NCBI GenBank assembly: GCA_012837425.1
Contig: DURE01000040.1
Span: 15,099-79,098 of the forward strand
Length of the DNA stretch: 64,000 nt
Origin: Clostridiales bacterium
Lineage (GTDB): Bacteria > Bacillota > Clostridia > Oscillospirales > CAG-272
Direction of reading: 5' to 3'
Below, in pieces: positions 36,255 through 45,317 of the stretch. The notes beneath the pieces were generated by a model. It worked only from the letters and a program-made list of their open reading frames with translations. It was not told where the DNA came from and ran no database searches. The translations under genes and the position numbers were made by a program. The number at the start of each line of letters is the position of its first letter. The stretch's first letter is position 1.

Positions 36255-36313
36255 AAAAAAACACAGCGGCGCGCCACGGCGGAATACTGCGCGATACGCC
36301 GTGTGGCTGCGCC
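36251..36313 (-). terminator. Second (distal) terminator downstream of fba, contiguous with repeat copy B
   Basis: Minus strand: hairpin GGCGCAGCCACACGGCG ... CGCCGTGGCGCGCC followed by GCTGTGTTTTTTT. Confidence 0.55.
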
Positions 36314-36378
36314 TTAAAGCATATTGCGCGTGAAAGAAATGAACAAGAATTAAGCAAGACAAATGCATAATTACAATT

Positions 36379-36412
36379 AACCGGCTGCAGCGCATTCGCG
36401 TTGCAGCCGGTT
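36379..36412. terminator. Hairpin terminator immediately downstream of fba
   Basis: AACCGGCTGCA-12 nt-TGCAGCCGGTT, an 11-bp stem. Confidence 0.6.
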
Positions 36413-36435
36413 TGCAGGGGGCTTTCTGTCGGGCC

Positions 36436-37392
36436 TTATGCCTTTCCGTCAGAGCCGAGCACGTTTACTATCTTGTGGGCGACCATTTTCTTTACCTCGC
36501 TGCGCGCCACCGCAAGATAGGAGCGGGGGTCAAAGGCCGAGGGGTCGGAGGCAAGGGCGCGGCGGATGGCCGCGGTCATCGCAAGGCGGATGTCGGAGTC
36601 TATGTTAATCTTGCAGACCGCCATTTTTGCAGCCTTCCTCAGCATTTCTTCGGGAATGCCTATGGCGTCGGGCATTTTGCCGCCCAAGGCGTTGATTTCG
36701 TTGACATACTCCTGCGGGACCGAGGAGGCGCCGTGCAGCACAATAGGAAAGCCCGGGAGCCTTCTCTCGACCTCCTCAAGAATGTCGAACCTCAGGCGGG
36801 GCTTTGTGCCGGGCTTGAATTTATATGCGCCATGGGAGGTGCCTATGGCTATTGCCAGCGAATCCACCCCGGTTTTCTCGACGAATTCCTCAACCTCGTC
36901 GGGGTTTGTGAACATCGCTTCGTCGGCCTTGACCTTCACCTCGTCCTCAATTCCGGCCAGTATGCCCAGCTCGCCCTCGACCACGACACCGCGCTCGTGG
37001 GCATAGTCGACGACTCTTTTGGTCAGGGCTACATTGACGTCAAACGGAAATTTTGAACCGTCTATCATAACTGAGGAAAACCCGGAATCGACGCAGCCCT
37101 TAACCTGCTCAAACGCGGCATCCGGCTCAAGCCCCGCGCCGCCATGGTCGAGATGAAGCACAAGGTCCAGCCCGGTATCCTCGATAGCCGCCTTGACCAG
37201 TGCCATGAGATAGGGCTGCTTTGCGTACTTGCGGGCTCCGGCCGAGACCTGCAGGATTACCGGGGATTTAAGCTCTGCCGCTGCCTCGGTAATAGCCTGT
37301 ATGATTTCCATGTTGTTGATATTGAAGGCGCCAACGGCATACCCGCCGACATAGGCCTTTTTGAACATTTCGGTGGTGGTGACAAGTGCCAT
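36436..37392 (-). CDS. fba: Class II fructose-1,6-bisphosphate aldolase
   Basis: MALVTTTEMFKKAYVGGYAVGAFNINNMEI, VILQVS, LHLDHG, GTSHGAYKF, LHGASS. Confidence 0.9.
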   Translation of the reverse strand: MALVTTTEMFKKAYVGGYAVGAFNINNMEIIQAITEAAAELKSPVILQVSAGARKYAKQPYLMALVKAAIEDTGLDLVLHLDHGGAGLEPDAAFEQVKGCVDSGFSSVMIDGSKFPFDVNVALTKRVVDYAHERGVVVEGELGILAGIEDEVKVKADEAMFTNPDEVEEFVEKTGVDSLAIAIGTSHGAYKFKPGTKPRLRFDILEEVERRLPGFPIVLHGASSVPQEYVNEINALGGKMPDAIGIPEEMLRKAAKMAVCKINIDSDIRLAMTAAIRRALASDPSAFDPRSYLAVARSEVKKMVAHKIVNVLGSDGKA

Positions 37393-37523
37393 AGTGTTTT
37401 CTCCTTGCGGTACATTTATTATCGATATATATTGTACCCGCTTGCAAGGCGAAAATCAAGAGGCCGGGGAAAAAATATGTTGAATTGTTGCGATATAACT
37501 AAGTTGAGTAAACCCGGCAGCCC

Positions 37524-38048
37524 TTATGCTATGACATTTCCCATTCCGCCCTCGCTGCCGGGGGGCTCGACAACCGCTGCCGCAGCCCCGGTCGCCGGCA
37601 TTCCGAGGTCGCCCAAAACCCTTGCCGGGGCAGGCTTTTCGGGCTGAGCCACGGCCGCCGCCGCGGCCGGAGCCGGCTCATATGTCTCCTCGGGCACTAT
37701 TATTCCGTCAAGCCCGAAGCTAATGGCTATAGCCGCATTTACTTCGTTCATGATAGCGTCATCCAGATGTCCTATCTTCTCCTTGAGCCGTCGCTTGTCA
37801 AGCGTTCTTATCTGCTCGAGCAGTATAACCGAGTCCTTGGCCAGTCCTGCCTTTTCGGCGTAAATATCGATATGAGTCGGTAGTCGCGTTTTGCCCATGC
37901 GTGAGGTAATGGCCGCGGCAATCACCGTCGGGCTGTATTTGTTGCCGACATCGTTCTGAATTATAAGTACCGGACGAAGTCCTCCCTGCTCGGAGCCGAT
38001 TACAGGCGATAAGTCGGCGTAAAAAATATCTCCGCGTTTAATTATCAT
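37524..38048 (-). CDS. ndoA: MazF/EndoA-type endoribonuclease toxin with ~60-aa Ala/Pro-rich C-terminal extension
   Basis: [48 protein letters not shown]...[17 protein letters not shown] is near-collinear with B. subtilis EndoA (116 aa). It continues [31 protein letters not shown]... RBS AGAGAGGA. Confidence 0.8.
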   Translation of the reverse strand: MIIKRGDIFYADLSPVIGSEQGGLRPVLIIQNDVGNKYSPTVIAAAITSRMGKTRLPTHIDIYAEKAGLAKDSVILLEQIRTLDKRRLKEKIGHLDDAIMNEVNAAIAISFGLDGIIVPEETYEPAPAAAAAVAQPEKPAPARVLGDLGMPATGAAAAVVEPPGSEGGMGNVIA

Positions 38049-38435
38049 TACCCAAATCCTCTCTTTTCGTTCCGGCGCCCCGCGCAAAAACAGCCGGGCT
38101 TGCGGGTGCCGTTTTGCTTTTCAAGTATATTTTTACCTTGCCCGTAGTTTTTTTAATCATCTTTGAGATGATTTGCGGGGTGGTATTTTGTTCCACTAAT
38201 ATCATATTGCATCGGATGTCGGAATGTGTCGACAAAGCCCAAAAAAATTTCAGGCCTGTCCTGGGGTTGTACATAAGTACAGGATAAAAGGCAAAGCCTG
38301 TCCGGCGCGGCTTTTTTGGCTGCCGTAATTTTTGGAGAGGCGGCCGGAAACATTAAGGGGCAACGCCCGCGGCGGCCTTCGCGTCAACAGTTTGAATAAT
38401 TCACACAAAATATCGGTGAATTGTCCGAAAAACTA

Positions 38436-38465
38436 TTGCAATTATATACAATTAGATGTTATAAT
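38436..38465 (+). promoter_or_regulatory. Sigma-A type promoter for the MoxR operon
   Basis: TTGCAA (38436-38441), 18 nt, TATAAT (38460-38465). A leader hairpin lies at 38487-38508. Confidence 0.5.
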
Positions 38466-38564
38466 ATCTTTGTCTTATGCGGCAGTCCGGGGACGGCATG
38501 TCCCCCGGCCGCCGGAGCATTGGAAAATAATCAAACCAAAATAAGAAAGGCATGGAACCTGCTA

Positions 38565-39551
38565 ATGAACAAAGAGACAGACAAGACCAACGCTGGGTTT
38601 GACGCAGTCGCCGCTCACGCCAAGGTCATCTCGGTTATCAACGAAATTGAAAAGGTTATCGTAGGCAAACGCCCCGAAGTGATACTCCTGATGACCGCCC
38701 TTTTGTCGGGCTCGCATGTGCTCATCGAGGACGTGCCGGGAACCGGTAAAACCTCGCTTGCCGCCTCGCTCGCCAAAGCGACCGGCCTTGATTTTAAAAG
38801 AGCCCAGTTCACCCCCGACGTCATGGCCTCCGACATCACCGGCTTTAACATATACAACCGGCAGAAGGAGAGTTTTGAGTTCCGCGAGGGGCTTGTCATG
38901 TGCAACCTCCTCTTGGCAGACGAGGTAAACCGCGCCTCGCCCAAGACCCAGTCGGCGCTGCTTGAAGCGATGGAGGAAAACCGGGTTACGGTCGACGGCG
39001 TTACATATCAGATACCCGACCCCTTCATGGTAATAGCTACGCAAAACCCGACAGGATATGTCGGCACCTACCCGCTGCCCGAGGCGCAGCTTGACCGCTT
39101 TGCGCTCAAAATCAGGATGGGATATCCGTCAGCCGAGGAGGAGATTGACATCATAAAGGCGCGCCGCGGCGTAAATCCGCTCGACAGGGTAGATGAAATT
39201 ATCGGCATCGAGGAGATACGCCAGATACGCAGGCATATCTCGGATATACGCATAGATGACGAGCTCTATGGCTATATTGTCGCGCTTGTCACCTCCACGA
39301 GAAAGCACCCGCAGCTTGCCCTCGGAGCCAGCCCGCGCGCCTCGGTAGCGCTCATGCACCTCTCTCAGGCTTATGCCTTTATCCGCGGCCGCGAATATGT
39401 GCTGCCCGACGATATAGGCGCGCTTTTCCGCCCGGCAATAGGGCACAGGCTCATGCTGCGGCAGGAGGCCAAGCTGTCAAACCAGTCGGCCGATACCATA
39501 CTCGGTGAAATCCTGCGCACAACAGACGTTCCGTACAAGGGAAAGAGATGA
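38565..39551 (+). CDS. MoxR-like AAA+ ATPase
   Basis: Walker A EDVPGTGKT, Walker B LLADEVNR, FMVIATQNP, and the DRF motif QLDRFALKI. Confidence 0.85.
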   Translation: MNKETDKTNAGFDAVAAHAKVISVINEIEKVIVGKRPEVILLMTALLSGSHVLIEDVPGTGKTSLAASLAKATGLDFKRAQFTPDVMASDITGFNIYNRQKESFEFREGLVMCNLLLADEVNRASPKTQSALLEAMEENRVTVDGVTYQIPDPFMVIATQNPTGYVGTYPLPEAQLDRFALKIRMGYPSAEEEIDIIKARRGVNPLDRVDEIIGIEEIRQIRRHISDIRIDDELYGYIVALVTSTRKHPQLALGASPRASVALMHLSQAYAFIRGREYVLPDDIGALFRPAIGHRLMLRQEAKLSNQSADTILGEILRTTDVPYKGKR

Positions 39552-39558
39552 GCCTGAT

Positions 39559-41208
39559 ATGAACGCGAGTGCAGTTGGTTTATCCGAAACAAAAAGACCC
39601 GGCGCAATAAGGCATTACCCGAAGGTATCGCTGACCGGCAATTTTATCGTATATATCGTCATCTTTGTCGCCGCCCTAATTTTCACACAGGCGCTGCGGT
39701 CCAAGGCGTCGAATATATTTTTTGCATTTGTATTCTTTTTGCCCTGGGCAATGCTCATATACGCCCTCACGGCGCGCTCGACACTGAAAACTTATATGCT
39801 CTCGGACTCCGCGACAATTATAAAGCTCGAGCCCTATACATACCGGCTGCGGATTATTAACGAGTCGATTTTTCCCTATCCCTTTATCGACGCTATAATG
39901 CGTCTGCCGCAGAAAAACAGCGTGCGCTGCACCGACCGCTCGGTAAGCCTTGCTATGTCGCCGCTGGCCTCATATACGATAAGCAACACCGTAAAATTCC
40001 GCTATCGCGGCACATATGAGATAGGTGTGAGTTGCCTTTATGTCTATGATTTTTTCAGAATGCTGAGGGTCCGCGTCGATGTCGGCATGTTTGACACGGT
40101 ATCGGTGCTGCCGCGCCGGCTGATTATGGGTGAGGGTGAGGAGAGTGCGGTGTCAGACTCGGCCCGGGAAAGCAAAAAAGACCCGAACTCATATGAGAAG
40201 ATAGAAATCAGCGACATACGCGAGTATGTAACCGGGGATCCGCTAAAAAGCATACACTGGAAGCTTTCCTCGAAGGCCGAGGATTTTCTGGTGTGCGACT
40301 ATGACACCGGCTCTTCCAAAAAGACGCTGTTATTCTGCGACCTGTCGGCGCGCTTTCCCTCCGAGCCGCCCGAGCGGGTTGAGGAAAAGGCACCCGCCAA
40401 GGCTAAGCGGAAGGGCGCCAAAAAAGCAAAGAAGCGAAATGAGAGGACCCAGGTAGAGGAACCGGAGACACCCGACGAAAAGCCCGATGCCAGAACGAGC
40501 GCCGACCGGGTTCCCACATTTGCCGCCGAGGACGAAAACAACCGCGAGATGTCCGGCGAGTCTGTTTTAACCGGGACAGAGGCCCGAGCCAGAGCCCGCG
40601 GACAGAGGCGCAAAAAGAAGCTAAAGGGCGCTCAGTACCGTGAGAATAAGCTTGAGGCCGAAACACTGCAGGACAACGCCCAAAATCAGGTCGACGTAAG
40701 CGAGCTGACCGACGACGCCTACTACGACGATATGAACGAATACTGCGCAGACGGCGTGGTGGAGCTGACGGTTGCGGCGGTATTGCGCGAGCTGCGCGAC
40801 AACAACGAGTGCACGCTGTTTTGGTTTGACCGTCGCTCTGAAACCGGGGTCTACAGCTTTACGCTGCGTGGCATCGAGGACTTCAACGCCATATACAAGC
40901 TCTTTGCCACCTCACCGCTCTGCCCGGCCGAAGAGACGGTTGCGCGGCTCTCAAGGATGGTAGAGGATACGCAGGACACAAAACAGCTTTATATCACCTC
41001 TGCTATAGACCCCGAAGCGGTGCGCGACCTCTGTTCGTTGCCGAATGTGTCGGACGGTGCATCATTCGGCTCGTCAGGAGTTATATTGTACAATCCCGAG
41101 GAGAGATTTGCCCATAGAAGGGAAAGGAAACTGTATATCGAGGGCTGCCGCTCTCAGCTTATGTCAAAGGGACTTAAGCTCATCGAGGGCAGACTTGATA
41201 GAGACTGA
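39559..41208 (+). CDS. DUF58 domain protein (vWA-like partner of MoxR) with a large basic low-complexity insert
   Basis: Two N-terminal TM helices. DUF58 signature IREYVTGDPLKSIHWKLSSK. Insert KAPAKAKRKGAKKAKKRNERTQVEEPETPDEKPD...RGQRRKKKLKG. Confidence 0.75.
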   Translation: MNASAVGLSETKRPGAIRHYPKVSLTGNFIVYIVIFVAALIFTQALRSKASNIFFAFVFFLPWAMLIYALTARSTLKTYMLSDSATIIKLEPYTYRLRIINESIFPYPFIDAIMRLPQKNSVRCTDRSVSLAMSPLASYTISNTVKFRYRGTYEIGVSCLYVYDFFRMLRVRVDVGMFDTVSVLPRRLIMGEGEESAVSDSARESKKDPNSYEKIEISDIREYVTGDPLKSIHWKLSSKAEDFLVCDYDTGSSKKTLLFCDLSARFPSEPPERVEEKAPAKAKRKGAKKAKKRNERTQVEEPETPDEKPDARTSADRVPTFAAEDENNREMSGESVLTGTEARARARGQRRKKKLKGAQYRENKLEAETLQDNAQNQVDVSELTDDAYYDDMNEYCADGVVELTVAAVLRELRDNNECTLFWFDRRSETGVYSFTLRGIEDFNAIYKLFATSPLCPAEETVARLSRMVEDTQDTKQLYITSAIDPEAVRDLCSLPNVSDGASFGSSGVILYNPEERFAHRRERKLYIEGCRSQLMSKGLKLIEGRLDRD

Positions 41209-41220
41209 GGCTGAAGCAAG

Positions 41221-44200
41221 ATGCAGAATTATGAAGATAAATACGCCCACGGGACTAGGGCGGGGAGGGCTGAGGTCAAAAAGCCCGTCCGAAAAAAGAA
41301 AAAGAAGAAGGCAGTTCCGCCCGGGCAGCGTCCGATAATCTGCCCGCCCGACAAGGCCGGCATGGAGCCCAGGCTGCGCATTCTGGGATACATAGCGCGC
41401 GCGGCTGTGATTGCAACAGCGGTTTTTGCGCTGGTTTTCTTTGTGCTCGACGCGCTAAAGCTTGAGGCGCAGGACATAAAGATTCCGACTGGCCTTGTGG
41501 CGCTGATAAGCTTTGTCTCTGTTGCGGTCTTTTCAATGATGCGGCTGTCAAAGCACGGACGTGTTGCCGGCGCGGCGGTGCTCCTTGGCACCGGCGTCTG
41601 GGCTGTACTTTATACCGGCAACATCGTATCCTTTGCCATAAAGGTGTTTCTGACCGTCAAAAACGTTGCCCTGACCAGGCTTTACAACCTCGGATACTAC
41701 GCGGTCATAAAATATATGTCCGAGGTAACCTATACCCCGGCACACACAAAAGAGCTTTGCTTTTATTTCGGGGTGGCGGTCTTTACTGTGCTGCTCTCTT
41801 TGATATTTACTTTACCGATAATAAAGAGGGCGCGGCTTGCGCTGCCGGCGGTAATAAGCACGCTTTTGATTGGTGTGATTTTCACTTATAATATTTCGCG
41901 CTCGAACTGGGGGGTTGCGCTGATTATCGCCTCCTTCACCGGGATTTTGGTGATGGCCGCCTATGACAGGATTTTTGCAGTCAAGCCCGACCCGGAAAAA
42001 TACGACACCGAAACGATACTTTTTGAGGACGCCGACGAAAACCGGCCAAAGCTGCCCGAAAACCTGCCGAAGACGCCGCGGCAGCTCAGGCGCGAGCAGA
42101 AAAAAAAGCTGCGAGAACTGAAAAAGCAGCGCAGAAAAGAAAAAAAGCCAAGAAGCGTCGACGAGGAGCTGACCGAGTATTTCGGCAGGCCGCCAAAGCA
42201 GAGGGCTGCCCGCGCTGAAAAAAAGAAGAAGCTGACCCCCGAGGAAAAGAAGGCAAGGCGGGCCGAGCGGCGCGAGACCCAGCGACAGCTCCGCGCGGTC
42301 AGGGAATATGACAGGGTAATAGAAGACTCAAAAGTTGCCCAGGGCGGCTTTATGGCCTTCGGCGCATTTCTCTTGATGTTCTTGTTGCTCCTTATACCGG
42401 CGCTGACCATTTCCGGCAACTTTACCACTATCGACGTCATAGACCGGCGAATGGAGTACTATCGCGAGTATATCACCGCCCTTCTGATGGGGGACGACCC
42501 GATACTTGACTTGCTGGGTTACCAGAACGACAAGAGCAACTTCGAGCCGCATTCTACCGACGCCGTAAAGCAGAATTTTACCGGGGCCAGACTATTTACG
42601 GTTGAGACCCAATACAACACGGCGGTCTACATGCGCGGTTGGATAGGCGTAAACTACCAGGACGGTGCATGGTACGCCGCCGACTCCGAGCAGCTTAAGC
42701 GATACCGCGAACTTTACGGCACCCACCTTGACCCGACCGAGACCATGTTTGAAAACTTCTACAGCATAATGAACCCGGCGCTCATAGAAGCCCGGGATTT
42801 CCCGAAGCAGTACACCAGCAACACAAAATACGGGTTTGTTGTGATGCAGGTGAATGTAAAGCGGGTAAAGACTCAGGACTCACTGGTCTATATGCCCTCA
42901 TTTTTGCGGAGCGACGCGCTGACCAGAGCCGGGCGGGCCGAGGGGAGAGGGCTTTACGAGTACGGCACCGACACCCCGGCGGATGTCACCTTTGTCAACT
43001 ACTTTGACGGCCTTTATACCGGGCGGAAGTTCATGACCGAGCTTCAGTACGCCTCGGTTTCCAACGTCACCACCATGAAAAATACCGAGTGGTACCGGTA
43101 TGTGGCCGAATATATCGCCGAATATAATGTGGGCTATCTTGATGCCTACAACGAAATTGACAAATACGCCGAGCGACGGGCCAAGGGCAGGAGCGCCTCG
43201 ATTGATACCGCAGTTGAGGTGATGTTTTCAGAGGAGCCCGAAGACCTTATCTCGGTAGTCGTCGATGAGGAGACAGGGAACAAGATTATCTCGGTTCAGT
43301 ACTCGCGCGGTGTCGGGGTATATACCTATTCGGCCGAGGGCGAGCTGCTCGGCAAACGGGCTACAGACCTTGTGGTCGAGACCTATATTGACCCCTTGAC
43401 CGGCGAGGAGCAGACATATACCGTGGCATTCGTGCCCCCCGACCTGCCGCTTCCTATCCGATACCGTGTGATTATGAACCAGGCCGAGCGGCGGACGGTG
43501 GCCTATGCTTATTACTACCAACACCTCTACAGTGATTTCGTATACGATACATACCTGCAAAAATCGGGCAGCAGTATTGTTTCCGATCTGCTAAAAACAA
43601 TTGTTGACTCGGCAACAGAGATTGTAAGGGAAACAGACGACGAGGGCGAAGTGACCGAAAGGGTGGCTCAAAAGGATTTTTCAAAGGCCGCCGAGCGGAA
43701 TTCGGACGATGCCGAGACCTATATGCAGCGCCATGAGCTGATAATGGAAATTGTCAATTACCTAAAAGAAAATTATACATACACGCTTGACCCGGCGCAG
43801 CCGGTCAACGAGTCGCTTGACGGCACCGAAAATTTCCTTTCGGTCACCAAAGAGGGCTATTGCGTACAGTATGCGTCGGCGCTGACCCTACTGCTCCGGG
43901 AGGCCGGAGTTCCTGTGCGATATGTCGAGGGATATGTCGCCTCGGATTTCAGGCGCAATTATGCCGAGGACATGGTCGGGCGCTATATCGGAAATGTCCG
44001 CGACTACAACGCGCATGCCTGGGTTGAGGTTTGGTATGACGGAGTTGGCTGGGTCCAGTACGAGGCCACCCCGGTGTATTACAACGATATGTATATCAGG
44101 GAAACCGGCGAGAGCAGCGGCGGCATCATAAGACCCTGGGAACCTGAGGAGGAATACACCGAGGAGGAAATGCTGCTTGAGGAACTGCGGAGTTCTATTG

Positions 44201-45000
44201 ATGTCGCCGCATTCCGGATTGACAACATGAGGGACGACATATCCCTGCTGCTCGGCAACAAGGAGATTAAAAAAGCGCTTGACGGCATTGAGGCGCTGCT
44301 CGGAAATTACCGTGAGAACCAAAAGAAGCTGAGCGACTACTATACCGAAAACAGGGACAGCGCCAAATATGACCGGGTCGATTTCCTTAACGCACTGTAT
44401 TCCTTTGCCGATTCCTTCAATACAAATATCACCGAGGTGCTGAACTATCAGGATACAAGGATTGACAGCCTCTTGGCACTGAACCGGCTGATATGGACTG
44501 CAGTGGCGCTGGCGCTGATAGCGCTTGCCCTGACGGTTGTCGGAATAGTCATCAGCATTCTGGCAAAGAAGGCCGAGCAGAAGCGGGCCGGGACGGTCGA
44601 GCGTGTTGCCAACGGCAGCTTTGCCGATGATGAAAAAAGAAAATTGGCCCGGGAGCTTATCGACTGGCTGACCGACCTTCTGGCCGCATATGGTTCGGCG
44701 CCAAAGAAGGGAGAATTCCGCGACGAATATGCCCAGCGGCTTGAGGCCGAGTATTCAGATGTGTTCGGCCGGCCTATAGACTCGGATGACTCGACCATCG
44801 ACAGGCCGTCACAGCGGATCAGCGACACCGACTTTATAAAGATTTTCGCTGCAATTGCCGCCGAGGAATTTGGCTTTGGCATGACCCGGGAGGAACTGTG
44901 TGAGCTTGCGGCGTTCTACCGCCGTATGCGCGCTGCCGCCGACAAGCGCCTGGGACGCCTGCGCCGCATAAAGTATCGTTATATCAAGCGGATTATTTAA
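41221..45000 (+). CDS. Transglutaminase-like (TgpA-type) polytopic membrane protein
   Basis: Multiple N-terminal TM helices. Transglutaminase core GYCVQYASALTLLLREAGVPVRYVEGY...NAHAWVEVWYDGVGWVQYEATP (Cys/His/Asp-type). Basic insert RQLRREQKKKLRELKKQRRKEKKPR... One C-terminal TM helix. Confidence 0.75.
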   Translation: MQNYEDKYAHGTRAGRAEVKKPVRKKKKKKAVPPGQRPIICPPDKAGMEPRLRILGYIARAAVIATAVFALVFFVLDALKLEAQDIKIPTGLVALISFVSVAVFSMMRLSKHGRVAGAAVLLGTGVWAVLYTGNIVSFAIKVFLTVKNVALTRLYNLGYYAVIKYMSEVTYTPAHTKELCFYFGVAVFTVLLSLIFTLPIIKRARLALPAVISTLLIGVIFTYNISRSNWGVALIIASFTGILVMAAYDRIFAVKPDPEKYDTETILFEDADENRPKLPENLPKTPRQLRREQKKKLRELKKQRRKEKKPRSVDEELTEYFGRPPKQRAARAEKKKKLTPEEKKARRAERRETQRQLRAVREYDRVIEDSKVAQGGFMAFGAFLLMFLLLLIPALTISGNFTTIDVIDRRMEYYREYITALLMGDDPILDLLGYQNDKSNFEPHSTDAVKQNFTGARLFTVETQYNTAVYMRGWIGVNYQDGAWYAADSEQLKRYRELYGTHLDPTETMFENFYSIMNPALIEARDFPKQYTSNTKYGFVVMQVNVKRVKTQDSLVYMPSFLRSDALTRAGRAEGRGLYEYGTDTPADVTFVNYFDGLYTGRKFMTELQYASVSNVTTMKNTEWYRYVAEYIAEYNVGYLDAYNEIDKYAERRAKGRSASIDTAVEVMFSEEPEDLISVVVDEETGNKIISVQYSRGVGVYTYSAEGELLGKRATDLVVETYIDPLTGEEQTYTVAFVPPDLPLPIRYRVIMNQAERRTVAYAYYYQHLYSDFVYDTYLQKSGSSIVSDLLKTIVDSATEIVRETDDEGEVTERVAQKDFSKAAERNSDDAETYMQRHELIMEIVNYLKENYTYTLDPAQPVNESLDGTENFLSVTKEGYCVQYASALTLLLREAGVPVRYVEGYVASDFRRNYAEDMVGRYIGNVRDYNAHAWVEVWYDGVGWVQYEATPVYYNDMYIRETGESSGGIIRPWEPEEEYTEEEMLLEELRSSIDVAAFRIDNMRDDISLLLGNKEIKKALDGIEALLGNYRENQKKLSDYYTENRDSAKYDRVDFLNALYSFADSFNTNITEVLNYQDTRIDSLLALNRLIWTAVALALIALALTVVGIVISILAKKAEQKRAGTVERVANGSFADDEKRKLARELIDWLTDLLAAYGSAPKKGEFRDEYAQRLEAEYSDVFGRPIDSDDSTIDRPSQRISDTDFIKIFAAIAAEEFGFGMTREELCELAAFYRRMRAAADKRLGRLRRIKYRYIKRII

Positions 45001-45010
45001 CACAAGTAGT

Positions 45011-45047
45011 GGCGCCGGAGGGCATTGCCTTCCGGCGCTGGGGTTTT
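45011..45047 (+). terminator. Terminator after the MoxR operon
   Basis: GGCGCCGGAGGG-catt-GCCTTCCGGCGC stem with one mismatch, followed by TGGGGTTTTG. Confidence 0.5.
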
Positions 45048-45198
45048 GCACTTGCAGGCGCGCATAATACTGCCGGGAATACTGCCGGGAGCCGGGATTC
45101 CGGGCTGCCGGCCCTCCTGTGCCGCCTTTTATGCGGCGGTGTCGCGGGCGTACCGGCCGGGGTACCCCGCGCAGGTCCGGTAAGCTTTAATCTTTTTC

Positions 45199-45227
45199 TT
45201 GACAAAACCATGTTTTTTATGTAAAAT
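45199..45227 (+). promoter_or_regulatory. Sigma-A type promoter for rny
   Basis: TTGACA (45199-45204), 17 nt, TAAAAT (45222-45227). Confidence 0.55.
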
Positions 45228-45317
45228 AACAGTATGCCCGGCCGGGCAGCATACCGGCCGCCCGAAGATGGGTATAATGTTCTTTGAAATGTGAATATGA
45301 AAGTAAGGAGGTGTAAT

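Noticed and set aside
36412-37056. 214-aa plus-strand ORF; similar cases at 22084-22734 (216 aa) and 47175-47834 (219 aa)
   Set aside because: These are antisense to fba, an ABC permease gene and the PTS EIIC gene respectively. All three sense genes carry strong family motifs and the antisense products have none.
38038-38274. 78-aa ORF upstream of mazF as an annotated MazE antitoxin
   Set aside because: It shows no RHH or AbrB-type features and has a basic composition. It is retained only as a hypothesis in the MazF finding, not as a feature.
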